DNA of 64,000 nt, taken from the IMG/VR virus record IMGVR_UViG_3300027766_000001. One strand, written 5' to 3'. This DNA comes from a virus. Lineage: Duplodnaviria; Caudoviricetes. The notes under the pieces are model-generated. The model ran no database searches and had not been told where the DNA came from. It worked only from the letters and a program-made list of their open reading frames with translations. Shown piece after piece: positions 54,976 to 63,949 of this stretch. The translations under genes were made by a program, and so were the position numbers. The stretch's first letter is position 1. Every line of letters starts with the position of its first letter.

Positions 54976-55008
54976 AACCCCGGGGGTAACACCTCGGGGT
55001 TTATGCCG
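54976..55008 (+). terminator. Terminator closing the RNA island, with TTATGCCG tail
   Basis: AAACCCCGGGGG-TAAC-ACCTCGGGGTTT followed by ATGCCG. Confidence 0.8.
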
Positions 55009-55024
55009 TTCTCGCAATGCAGAT

Positions 55025-55053
55025 GATTTCAAACCTATATTACACTGGTGATG
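55025..55053 (+). promoter_or_regulatory. phiKZ-type early promoter TATATTAC
   Basis: GATTTCAAACC-TATATTAC-ACTG-GTGAT. Confidence 0.72.
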
Positions 55054-55083
55054 AATCCAACCATTTAAAATAAGGAGGTAATT

Positions 55084-55332
55084 ATGTTCATCAAAGCAAA
55101 ACTTTACAACGATGGTCAGAAGTCAACCAAGAGCGTGTTTATCAAAGCAAGCGATATCAGTGTGTGGTCGCAAAACGGCAGTAAAGATAACACGACCAAG
55201 CTGGAATTAATCAGTGGCTCGACAGTAACGATTGTCTGTGTTCCCGATAAGCTCGCGGGTTACATTCACGTGGCGTTGAACAAAGGCGATATCGAAGTAA
55301 ACGAAGACGGCGACGTCACGTATTTGAAATAA
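55084..55332 (+). CDS. Hypothetical protein (82 aa)
   Basis: AAGGAGG RBS, followed by a hairpin. Confidence 0.75.
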   Translation: MFIKAKLYNDGQKSTKSVFIKASDISVWSQNGSKDNTTKLELISGSTVTIVCVPDKLAGYIHVALNKGDIEVNEDGDVTYLK

Positions 55333-55394
55333 GCATCATAAAGCTCCGGGTAACCCCCGGGCTTTTATAACCCTTAACTTGTAGGAGCAGTAAA

Positions 55395-55802
55395 ATGGCA
55401 TTAAGCAAAAGAACCCTGAAGCGTCGTTTCCACAACCTGAAAGCGATGCACGTATTAATCCTCAGTGCCGCAGCACGGATGGATCATTCCGCTCAGATGT
55501 ACAACGACAGCTTCCAGCAGTCAATGAGCGCTAAGCATCATCCAGACGAAGTCTACCGTGAAGGTATGCAGAACATCCGAACCGGTTTGTGGGCCGCGTA
55601 TGAGAAAGACCGTAAAGTCTTCATCGCACGCAGTCGTAAGTTCGGTAAAGAGCTGACGCAGCAGGTCCTGGCCAAACGTAAGAAAAAGAACCCCCGTGCA
55701 CATTTCGAGGCAATGGGATTAAACAAACCCGCCATGATTCGTAAGCACATCGCTGGGACAAAGAAACCTTTTATCGGTCGTCCCGTTATTAGTAATTCTT
55801 AA
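55395..55802 (+). CDS. Highly basic hypothetical protein (135 aa)
   Basis: AGGAG RBS, K/R-rich. Confidence 0.7.
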   Translation: MALSKRTLKRRFHNLKAMHVLILSAAARMDHSAQMYNDSFQQSMSAKHHPDEVYREGMQNIRTGLWAAYEKDRKVFIARSRKFGKELTQQVLAKRKKKNPRAHFEAMGLNKPAMIRKHIAGTKKPFIGRPVISNS

Positions 55803-55851
55803 CTAACCCGCCCGATGTCATGGCTATTTACGCTCTAATAAAGGAGGAACC

Positions 55852-56391
55852 ATGACATCGCGTGAAAGCGAGATCAAACGCTTACGTGACAATGAGCGAT
55901 GGTTTCGAGTACTGTCCGCAGAGCTGCGCTTTAAATTCAATCGGGTTAACCCACCGCAAGAGGCTTTTATGGAAGGTAAAGAAGCATTCATCCGCATCCG
56001 TCAAATCCTGATGACGGTGTGTGAACTCTATGACGTTAAAGAGCAGTACTGGGCAGAAACAGAGTCCTTTGGTGATGCAGCCACCAAACAAGCTCGCGAC
56101 TTACTGGAACGGCAACACCATGCTTTAAATGAAAGCATCTTCCAGCATGTTCAGCAAATAGAAAAGCTAACCGAGTTCTTGACACCTGACTTACTTTTAC
56201 AGGTGAATCATTACATCGATGGCATACGGCCCTACCTGGATAAATGTGTACCGCGCATTACCGGGCCAGATTGTCAAAGCACAGGGGAAAGAAATGAAGA
56301 CCCACAATTGTGGTACCGTGCCAAACAACCTGACCTTCCAGCATCACTTACTTCAATGTATTCGGACATCATCATCAAAAGTGGTGAGTAG
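55852..56391 (+). CDS. Hypothetical protein (179 aa)
   Basis: AGGAGG RBS. Confidence 0.7.
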   Translation: MTSRESEIKRLRDNERWFRVLSAELRFKFNRVNPPQEAFMEGKEAFIRIRQILMTVCELYDVKEQYWAETESFGDAATKQARDLLERQHHALNESIFQHVQQIEKLTEFLTPDLLLQVNHYIDGIRPYLDKCVPRITGPDCQSTGERNEDPQLWYRAKQPDLPASLTSMYSDIIIKSGE

Positions 56392-56464
56392 CGAAAACAG
56401 TCGTAATGTGGAGCGCGTTGCACAGGAGTTGTTTGCTCAACAAACATATACCAGGAGGTAGCCC

Positions 56465-56755
56465 GTGTTGTTCGATTCGAAACAGATCATGCATTACATG
56501 CGTAATATGGTGGGTAATTACGTATTGGATAAAGCCCACATGAAGATCGATAACTTCGGTCGCGTCTGGCACGGTCGTTACATGGTGAACCTGCATGGGA
56601 TCTCCGAGCCGTACTACGAACTCGCCGGCGCTCTTGCTCCAAACTTCCAGACAGGTGGCCTGATGCTCTTACGTGATCCCGGTATTCAGGATGACGTATG
56701 GGACGCAGTGAACTGTCGTGTTTCCGAAATGCTCCGCACCCGTGCGGCAGTGTAA
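56465..56755 (+). CDS. Hypothetical protein (96 aa, GTG start)
   Basis: AGGAGG RBS. Confidence 0.65.
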   Translation: MLFDSKQIMHYMRNMVGNYVLDKAHMKIDNFGRVWHGRYMVNLHGISEPYYELAGALAPNFQTGGLMLLRDPGIQDDVWDAVNCRVSEMLRTRAAV

Positions 56756-56786
56756 GCTGTTTTACTTGACATGTGAGACCTACCTT

Positions 56787-57158
56787 ATGAACAATAAACT
56801 GACTGTTGCTGTAGAGTACAACTCATCCATGAACTTGGGTTGGGTTGCTGATCAAGTTGTCCAGCTGGTGAAAAGCCAGACCCGTGACATTTACCTGATC
56901 AGTCAGGATCCGAAGTTCACCTGCGATGTTCTGGCTGCCATTAAAGCCAAGACCGAAGGTGATGCGGAGTACCATCAGGTTGTTCAACGTCACAACATCC
57001 AGATCCACGTTGTCCCCGAAGAATGCCTGAACGAACTCGCCGATGCAGATCCGATTGGTAATGCAGCGGTTGTGGCGCAAGACAGTTTGAGAAAGCGTCT
57101 TGCGCCTTTGATGGCAAACACCGGTTGGCGTCGTCACTCGATGGCTACCAAACACTAA
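56787..57158 (+). CDS. Hypothetical protein
   Basis: ATG at 56787, followed by the AAAGACC/GGTCTTT hairpin terminator. Confidence 0.65.
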   Translation: MNNKLTVAVEYNSSMNLGWVADQVVQLVKSQTRDIYLISQDPKFTCDVLAAIKAKTEGDAEYHQVVQRHNIQIHVVPEECLNELADADPIGNAAVVAQDSLRKRLAPLMANTGWRRHSMATKH

Positions 57159-57206
57159 AACAGTAAAGACCTCTTCGGGGGTCTTTATTTTTTGATTGGG
57201 GTGGGT

Positions 57207-57497
57207 ATGGAAGATGTGTTTAAAGGCAAGTGGGTAGTGCTCGCAGGAGTGTTCGAACATTTCGATCGTCACACTTTGCGTAAGCTACTCATTGAGAAAG
57301 GTGCACGTGTCTGTTCGACAGTGGATCGTCGAATTGATTTCTTTATCGCTGGGGATTGCGCGGGCCGTCGTTTAGAACAGGCGACCTATTTCAAAATTCG
57401 CGTGTTAGGCGAAAGCCACATGCTGGCAATGCTTAAGGACAGTGGCTATGTGGAAGAAAGTGCAACGCTGGATGAATCCGCCGGAAAAGCTCTGTGA
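57207..57497 (+). CDS. Stand-alone BRCT-domain protein (LigA C-terminal type)
   Basis: FKGKWVVLAGVF...R..LRKLLIEKGARV..TV...DFFIAGD.AG..LEQA...I.VLGE..MLAML aligns with the NAD-ligase BRCT pattern. Confidence 0.75.
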   Translation: MEDVFKGKWVVLAGVFEHFDRHTLRKLLIEKGARVCSTVDRRIDFFIAGDCAGRRLEQATYFKIRVLGESHMLAMLKDSGYVEESATLDESAGKAL

Positions 57498-57963
57498 GGA
57501 GATTAAGATCCTGCAAAGCTGTAACGTGGATGATCTTCCTCTCCTGGTTATCGATCAGTACGAAGTTGACATTGAAAACACCAATCGGCTGAAGTTACCG
57601 GCCATTACCCATGCGTTGAATGTCGAAGACAACCTGCACCACTATGCGGGCGCATTAATACGCATGCGGTGTAACCAAGCCATTGCCTTTATCATGGCGG
57701 GTGACTATCGCCCAGCCACCATAAAAAATGACTTCCCGAATCCTGTTACGCAAGTACCGGGTGTGGTCGGGTTGCAATTCTGGCATGACAATGGCAAGCA
57801 GTACATTTACTGGGGTTGGCTTAACCCTAAGTACAGGAACCGGGTAGATTTTCCCTCCTTGGTGTTTGATGGACTGGCACGCCAAGGACTCGATCGACGC
57901 ACCGTTGATCACTTTCGTGTTGATTACCGCGGTATGCGGATCTATCAACATCCTTTACTGTAA
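57442..57963 (+). CDS. Hypothetical protein
   Basis: Long ORF with uncertain start (57442-57472). Confidence 0.6.
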   Translation: MAMWKKVQRWMNPPEKLCEEIKILQSCNVDDLPLLVIDQYEVDIENTNRLKLPAITHALNVEDNLHHYAGALIRMRCNQAIAFIMAGDYRPATIKNDFPNPVTQVPGVVGLQFWHDNGKQYIYWGWLNPKYRNRVDFPSLVFDGLARQGLDRRTVDHFRVDYRGMRIYQHPLL

Positions 57964-57981
57964 TAAAAGAGAGATACTAAC

Positions 57982-58563
57982 ATGAGTGAATTAAGTCATA
58001 TTGCTGAACGTAACCAGGAAGAACAACAGTGGGAGCAGAACCTCACTAACCTGGCTGGTCTGAGCGTCAGCATCCGTACACCGGTTAACATGGTGCTGAA
58101 CGAGCAAGGTGTGCTGAACACCGCAAGCTTTAGCATCAGCTACGAAAACGGCGACATGATCCTGGCTAACCAGGAACTGCCGATCGCTGACATCAGTAAT
58201 GCCCTGGTGAAGGCATACCAGCACATTGCGCTGGGCGGTGCGGTCGAGAGCAATGTTCATCGTGGTGACGCACTCGAACACATTCAGGCGGCGATGAAAC
58301 TCATCAATGCGTCTGGTGCTAACGCCATCGTTGCCAATACCCGTGACCAGGGTCAGTTCGAACACGCCGGCAATACCGTGCTGTGGCAGCGTCTGGTTAG
58401 CGGCTCAAAAGTGATCACCAACTTCAACACGACCACGGTCCAGTCTGAAGACAACTCCATCCAGCAGGGTGTGTGGCTGACACTGACTACTAACATCAAC
58501 ACCGTCGCAACGCCGGCTGAGCAGTATGCGGCATATGCGAAAACGTACATGGGCGAGGAGTAA
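57982..58563 (+). CDS. Hypothetical protein (193 aa)
   Basis: Biased codons, operonic. Confidence 0.72.
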   Translation: MSELSHIAERNQEEQQWEQNLTNLAGLSVSIRTPVNMVLNEQGVLNTASFSISYENGDMILANQELPIADISNALVKAYQHIALGGAVESNVHRGDALEHIQAAMKLINASGANAIVANTRDQGQFEHAGNTVLWQRLVSGSKVITNFNTTTVQSEDNSIQQGVWLTLTTNINTVATPAEQYAAYAKTYMGEE

Positions 58564-58566
58564 GGC

Positions 58567-59244
58567 ATGTCTATCGTTGACGAGGTAATGGAACCTGGTG
58601 GTGTTGGACAGGATACCGTGTTTGTCAACGGTGTGCTGACCTCTGTTCCACGCACGGTGGTGAAACCGGTACTGGCCGAACTCTCTGTTGCCATTACCAC
58701 GATACCGGGTGATGAGTCGCATTATGCGGTAGGGGATAGTAAAGGCGTACCGTACGTCATGTTCTTTGCTAAACCTGGTCTGTGCCTGGTTGATGTGTTA
58801 GCCATGGCGTATCGTAACCTGTTCCTCTGGATTCGCCCGCAAGGCGCCAACAAGGTTTATTACGATCCTTACTCAGATCGTGACACGGCGCTTGGCAGCA
58901 TTAAGCGCGGTATCTTCGAGCTAGTTGGGAAAAGCCCAGAGGGTATGTATGCGAACTACCACGATCGTCGTCAGTTGACCATTGTGGATGAACCGCATAC
59001 CTACGATCTCGTGCGCACTTATGACAAGGTGAAAGACAGCATCACCACCATTGTCATGGAACTGCCGTGTGAGATTGCGGCGTATGACGAAGTACAGGAC
59101 AGTGCACCGATAACGACGTACCGCACAGGCCCAGCCTGGACTGACCCGGGTGATTTCATTCCGGGTGTGTGGACGCCTGATCCAAACTTCGATGCGTCGC
59201 CAAAACCGGTTGATGAACCGCATCCGGACAACGTGCCCAAATAA
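58567..59244 (+). CDS. Hypothetical protein (225 aa)
   Basis: GAGGAG RBS, followed by a terminator. Confidence 0.72.
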   Translation: MSIVDEVMEPGGVGQDTVFVNGVLTSVPRTVVKPVLAELSVAITTIPGDESHYAVGDSKGVPYVMFFAKPGLCLVDVLAMAYRNLFLWIRPQGANKVYYDPYSDRDTALGSIKRGIFELVGKSPEGMYANYHDRRQLTIVDEPHTYDLVRTYDKVKDSITTIVMELPCEIAAYDEVQDSAPITTYRTGPAWTDPGDFIPGVWTPDPNFDASPKPVDEPHPDNVPK

Positions 59245-59250
59245 AGCAGA

Positions 59251-59305
59251 GCGCCTCTTCTCCCTTTACGGGGAGAAGAGTGCGCCCTTTATGCCGGCTT
59301 TCTTT
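59251..59305. terminator. Bidirectional terminator with TTATGCCG tail
   Basis: CTCTTCTCCC-TTTAC-GGGGAGAAGAG between convergent genes. Confidence 0.75.
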
Positions 59306-59309
59306 TTTG

Positions 59310-60158
59310 TTAACGTTTCGGTGTTGCCCGACGAATTGCACGGTAACGACCCAGGGTGTTATTGTAGGCCGCTACACGCTGCCAACGTTCCCGGAAGAAG
59401 TCTTTGTAATTCTGTGCGGCATCCGAATACTCCATGATCACTTCACGGAACGCACCCAGTTCAACACCGCCCACTAACTGACCTTGGTCCAACTTGATAC
59501 GCAAGGTGTTATAGATGATCGCCTTGGTTGCCAGAACAGAGAGTTCTGAGAATGCCGGCCAGGAGTTGTTCTTGATGTTGTTCAGTTCCGCATCATTACT
59601 TAAGCGACAACGCAAGGTCAACTGGTTCGTGATGATCTGCGTCTCGTAGATGGCAATGGTGTTGAACCCAACGATTTCAATGTTGGCCAACTGAATTTCC
59701 ACCGCAGGTGCATAAGACTGCATCATCGACGTCATGCCGGCTGTGACCGCACCTTGATACCCATTCTGGTTACCGGAGCCGGAATACGTACCCACACCTG
59801 CACCCGGTGCACCGTACAGTGCATCTGGATAACCGTAGAGCAAAGACAGTATGGACGTGATGCGTAGACCACGTGTCTTTGCCTGGTCAACCCGAAACAC
59901 GGTGGTAAAGTTATCAGGTTTCCAATACTCTGTGTCATACAACGGAATGATGACTTCCTGACCCCCAAGCAGGTCACAGTCTTTTAACACTTTGGCATCA
60001 AAGACTTTGCTGCGCAACACTTCATTCATTGAAGTATTGTATACCTGCCTGGCTCCCGTAGAACTGTACAGCTGACGATCCCCAAGAAATGCCGCACGAA
60101 GTACTTCCATGGGGATTTCAAACAGGATGTCGGAGATGGCATTATCTATAGCACTCAT
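59310..60158 (-). CDS. Conserved putative virion structural protein (282 aa), divergent from phuZ
   Basis: GAGG RBS before ATG (MSAIDNAI...). Position next to tubulin as in related jumbo phages (inference). Confidence 0.6.
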   Translation of the reverse strand: MSAIDNAISDILFEIPMEVLRAAFLGDRQLYSSTGARQVYNTSMNEVLRSKVFDAKVLKDCDLLGGQEVIIPLYDTEYWKPDNFTTVFRVDQAKTRGLRITSILSLLYGYPDALYGAPGAGVGTYSGSGNQNGYQGAVTAGMTSMMQSYAPAVEIQLANIEIVGFNTIAIYETQIITNQLTLRCRLSNDAELNNIKNNSWPAFSELSVLATKAIIYNTLRIKLDQGQLVGGVELGAFREVIMEYSDAAQNYKDFFRERWQRVAAYNNTLGRYRAIRRATPKR

Positions 60159-60243
60159 GGCTACCTCTTTAGTAATGCAATACATACCCAACAATATATA
60201 TGTTGAACCTACACCTATCATAGAAATTAACCGGGAGTGCATC

Positions 60244-61227
60244 ATGTCCAAACGTATTACGCGTATTTTTGCTTGTGGTGGTGGTGCGATTAGCATTACT
60301 TCCGATCTGACCGACTACGTCAATGTCAAAGGTTTCTCTGACACCAAAGTCTCCCGTCTGGATACCTCGAACAAGAACATGACGGCAAACATGCCGGAGT
60401 CATCCAAGTTCGTGCTGACGGGCGCTGATGGCTCAGGTAAACAACGTGACCACAACTACAAACCGGTTGTGGCATCCATGGATAAAATCCTGGCTGAACA
60501 TCCGCCGGAAGATTACAACATCGTGATCTTTACAGCAGGTGGCGGTTCTGGTTCTGTCATTGGCCCGGTACTGGTCGGTGAGCTGTTGAAACGTAAAACC
60601 CCAGTCATTGCACTGGTGATCGGTTCAATCGGCGATGAAACCCAGGCACAGAACTCCGTGAACACCCTGAAGTCACTTGCCGGTATTCAGCAGGCGAACA
60701 AAGTGCCGGTGGTCTTCTCCTACTTCGAAGTCAACCAGCACAACAGCCAGGCCGATGTTGATCAGCAAGTCCGCAGCCTGCTGCCAAGCCTGCTGAACCT
60801 GTTGGACAGTGATAACACCATCATTGACAACAAAGACATCATCAACCTGCTGAACTGGACCAACGTCCGTAAAGAGATCCCGGCGCAGCTGGTTGCGCTC
60901 GAAGTCTTTATCGGTGCTGAAGATCTGGCGACCATCTCAGGTGCGGCACCGGTGACCATGGCGTCGATCTACCCGGATGCAGAACGTGAGTATCTGCCGG
61001 TGACCCCGTCTTATTCAACCGACGGTATCCGTTCAGAACTGTCACGTGAAAACCCCTACTACGGCAAAACCCTGCACTATGTGGTGCATGCTAAACCAGT
61101 GAAGCCTGCCTTCGATTCGCTGGAATCTGCTCTGCGTCGTATTCGCGATGCGCAGCGTTCTCAGCACACCATCGAGTCAGTGCTGGGTAGCGACGATAGC
61201 GTTGACAACAACGGTATGGTCGTTTAA
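60244..61227 (+). CDS. phuZ: Phage tubulin PhuZ
   Basis: N-terminal RIFACGGGAISI, tubulin signature FTAGGGSGSVIG, conserved C-terminal tail DNNGMVV. Confidence 0.92.
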   Translation: MSKRITRIFACGGGAISITSDLTDYVNVKGFSDTKVSRLDTSNKNMTANMPESSKFVLTGADGSGKQRDHNYKPVVASMDKILAEHPPEDYNIVIFTAGGGSGSVIGPVLVGELLKRKTPVIALVIGSIGDETQAQNSVNTLKSLAGIQQANKVPVVFSYFEVNQHNSQADVDQQVRSLLPSLLNLLDSDNTIIDNKDIINLLNWTNVRKEIPAQLVALEVFIGAEDLATISGAAPVTMASIYPDAEREYLPVTPSYSTDGIRSELSRENPYYGKTLHYVVHAKPVKPAFDSLESALRRIRDAQRSQHTIESVLGSDDSVDNNGMVV

Positions 61228-61332
61228 CGGCTATTATATGTAATGTAAAGACTGACTGAGTTATATCCTTCTCAGTGGGTTGATTAGCGCTTCTGGCTGG
61301 GGGCGACCTGATCCATTACCTTTCGCGCATAG

Positions 61333-61362
61333 CCCCCAGGTTCGTCCTGGGGGTTTATGCCG
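61333..61362 (+). terminator. Terminator with TTATGCCG tail
   Basis: CCCCCAGG-TTCGT-CCTGGGGG followed by TTTATGCCG. Confidence 0.8.
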
Positions 61363-61368
61363 TTTAAA

Positions 61369-61398
61369 TAATTTTGTTCCTACATTACTACTGTGTAT
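61369..61398 (+). promoter_or_regulatory. phiKZ-type early promoter (TACATTAC variant)
   Basis: AATTTTGTTCC-TACATTAC-TACT-GTGTAT. Confidence 0.55.
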
Positions 61399-61442
61399 AA
61401 CCTAACATGTATGACCTATTACATAGGGCGTAGTCCTTTTAT

Positions 61443-62807
61443 GTGAAAAGGGTAACAAGGGAGTCAAAAGCCGTGAACTATAACTCAAACACGTTCGTTA
61501 TCTCTACGGGCGAACATTTAGCAGCCATCGCATTTTCCGCTCCGTGGGTTAACGGTCAACCAATGAATCACGGTCAAGCGTGTATGGTGTTTGCCGCTGT
61601 GCACGAAGAAGTCTTTAATGAATTGTTTGCATGGGCCAACATTGATAACACTGTGCAAAAAGTGTTGTCGACGATTTACAACGGGGTGAAGATCTTAGAG
61701 CCGTCTCATCCTAAGCACTGGGTGTACCAGGGTAACTCATGGGTGCGGATCAGTGAATCGGCGCCATTGGGGCCGGGTAAGCATTTGGTACGGCTACCGC
61801 CTCGAAGTAACTTACCCCGTACACCGGATCCGAGTGCGGTGTATCAGGTACCGGGTGGGCAACACTACGTGGATTGGCTAACCGGGTTTGTCAATGTGAC
61901 GCTGCACAACCTGGCGTGTTATCTGCGTAATGAACTCAATCGTTATCTGGGCAGTATGAAGGATTACGAGTGGTGGTTCGAATACAGTGGCAACGGTGTG
62001 GTTTACAGTCGTCAGAATAAAGCGACCATTAACTACGTTAACCCGGTGGAACTGGTGACCGAAGCGGATCATGTGAACTTTGAAATCGGGCTGATGCCGC
62101 GTATGCCGCAGAAGACCAAACAGATGTTGGTCATCAATGCCGACGCACACGAAGCCGAAGGTCTTGAAGCTGAACGTCACTTGCGCGATCTGCTGGCTAA
62201 AGTGCCTGACATGCTGATGCAGTATTACAGCATGCTGGCGCAAGCCGGTCGCACTGAAGGCGACGTAATGATCAAGTATCGCAGTCATGCTGTACTGAGT
62301 CACGTGGAAGAAACCATTCGTCAAATCAATACCTCCTTGCCGATCCGTTTCAACCTCATCAGTGAAAAGCAGCAGGAACACCAGATCATCACTCAGCACG
62401 CCGTGAACAGCATGGAGCGTAATCTGGAACGCCGGTCGATTGAGGTAATCAATAAGCAGCAGAACCATATTGCAAATACGCTGATTGAAACCCGTAACAA
62501 AATCATCAAGCGCAAACGGGTCACTGAACTGGATCAGAAAGTGATTGCCTCGGTGGCACCGGATGTGTTTAAGGAAACATATCTTCACGATGATTTACGT
62601 CAGTCGATCATGGATCCTTCTACCTGGTACAAGTTTGATGGGATTAACCCTGCTGAACTGCCAGAGCCTGTTGTGGTCACGTGTTTGCTGATCAGTAACT
62701 ACGTGGACAATTTAATCGGTAATGGCACGACACATCGTCTGCCGGTTTATGAAGGCCGTAAACCAGCTGAGACATTGTTATCAGCAATCCCGCTTTACAC
62801 CAATTAG
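61443..62807 (+). CDS. Hypothetical protein (about 450 aa)
   Basis: Long ORF. The start may be the GTG at 61473 after GGGAG. Confidence 0.72.
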   Translation: MKRVTRESKAVNYNSNTFVISTGEHLAAIAFSAPWVNGQPMNHGQACMVFAAVHEEVFNELFAWANIDNTVQKVLSTIYNGVKILEPSHPKHWVYQGNSWVRISESAPLGPGKHLVRLPPRSNLPRTPDPSAVYQVPGGQHYVDWLTGFVNVTLHNLACYLRNELNRYLGSMKDYEWWFEYSGNGVVYSRQNKATINYVNPVELVTEADHVNFEIGLMPRMPQKTKQMLVINADAHEAEGLEAERHLRDLLAKVPDMLMQYYSMLAQAGRTEGDVMIKYRSHAVLSHVEETIRQINTSLPIRFNLISEKQQEHQIITQHAVNSMERNLERRSIEVINKQQNHIANTLIETRNKIIKRKRVTELDQKVIASVAPDVFKETYLHDDLRQSIMDPSTWYKFDGINPAELPEPVVVTCLLISNYVDNLIGNGTTHRLPVYEGRKPAETLLSAIPLYTN

Positions 62808-62816
62808 TGAGTCGGT

Positions 62817-63164
62817 ATGTATCTAAACATTAATATGCAGCCAACCTTGTATCGTTGGTTCAGCAGTGAGATGTTGGATAACCCCATAACGCGCTACGCC
62901 ATTACAGACCTGTTGCAGTTCGTGTCAGAATCAGCGGTAGGTACTGAGTCCGAACTTGACGTTATCGGTCCTTCGTCCTACCTGGTGGGTCTGGGTACGC
63001 CAAAGGAAACGGTCGAAAAGTTTGTACAAGTCGCTGCCCAAGAGATTCATTTATTCTACATGAATAATACGCAACCTGAATGGCGCAGTTGGGGTCGACA
63101 TCGAATAGTAATAGATGCGGCATACAACATTTTTATTCAGTTAGGAATTGACCCGTATGTCTGA
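62817..63164 (+). CDS. Hypothetical protein (115 aa)
   Basis: Operonic. Confidence 0.7.
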   Translation: MYLNINMQPTLYRWFSSEMLDNPITRYAITDLLQFVSESAVGTESELDVIGPSSYLVGLGTPKETVEKFVQVAAQEIHLFYMNNTQPEWRSWGRHRIVIDAAYNIFIQLGIDPYV

Positions 63165-63516
63165 ACATGATCAGGTGTATGTCATTGACTGTGGCGGGAT
63201 CGTTGCTCGCTACAAAATCCGTTGCCCTAACCTGTCCGAGGACAACCTACACGCCATCGTTGCAGCCGGTGCGGTCCATGCCGTTGACAAAGTGTATGTC
63301 GACCCAATCCTGGAGCAGCCCGAATACGGCCAACCCATCAGTTTGCGTGATGCCTCTATCATGAGTAATGCGGTCGCCCAGGAATTGCGAGAGCAACTGG
63401 AACCTGTTATCCGTGCGATGATGCGTCATGCCTCTGACACCCAGTGTGTGAAAACCAAATGCACACTGGAAGGGACGGCCGTGGTTGTGACCCTGGCGTT
63501 AGATGAGGAGGAGTAA
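63157..63516 (+). CDS. Hypothetical protein (119 aa)
   Basis: AGGA RBS before the ATG at 63157. Confidence 0.7.
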   Translation: MSEHDQVYVIDCGGIVARYKIRCPNLSEDNLHAIVAAGAVHAVDKVYVDPILEQPEYGQPISLRDASIMSNAVAQELREQLEPVIRAMMRHASDTQCVKTKCTLEGTAVVVTLALDEEE

Positions 63517-63942
63517 ATGTACCCGTATGGTAAACGTAGCTATCTGCCCAATCAGTTTATCGTTGACCTGAACACCTTCATCTGGACCAACCCAAATAAC
63601 ATCCTGGGTATCTTCTCCCACACGATGTTGTTTGATGCCTACACCAACACCCTGTTCAACTCCATTGGTAAAGTTGAGTACGATTACGGCTCACTGATGG
63701 AGTGGGTAGACAAAGAACTGGGTGTGGACGGCAATCCTGACTGTGACGTCACGCCACTGGTGAATGACCCTGCTTTCATTCAGTATATGCAATCCAGTGT
63801 GGTGGCCGGGTTCTGTGATTTTGTCACCAACAACCGTGTGTACGTTGCCCGTACATTAATCCCGGTGTTGAACCAGGTAAGCGATGTGGTCATGGTTGCG
63901 CAAGACGACGCGTCTCACACCGTACGCCTTGAATACATGTGA
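63517..63942 (+). CDS. Hypothetical protein (141 aa)
   Basis: GAGGAGGAG RBS, adjacent to the upstream stop. Confidence 0.72.
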   Translation: MYPYGKRSYLPNQFIVDLNTFIWTNPNNILGIFSHTMLFDAYTNTLFNSIGKVEYDYGSLMEWVDKELGVDGNPDCDVTPLVNDPAFIQYMQSSVVAGFCDFVTNNRVYVARTLIPVLNQVSDVVMVAQDDASHTVRLEYM

Positions 63943-63949
63943 GGTAGCT

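Noticed and set aside
54374-54989. ORFs 54374-54823 (-) and 54777-54989 (+)
   Set aside because: No RBS and atypical composition, and the region is better explained by RNA structure.
60109-60243. N-terminal 45-aa extension of PhuZ in the ORF track
   Set aside because: It overlaps the divergent gene. The ATG at 60244 has a GGGAG RBS and gives a typical PhuZ N-terminus.
61878-62588. 236-aa minus-strand ORF and the many other nested ORFs in the track (e.g. 3457-4050, 14584-15114, 28820-29404)
   Set aside because: They lie wholly antisense or out of frame within well-supported long genes and lack RBSs. Codon bias of the real gene explains the open shadow frames.
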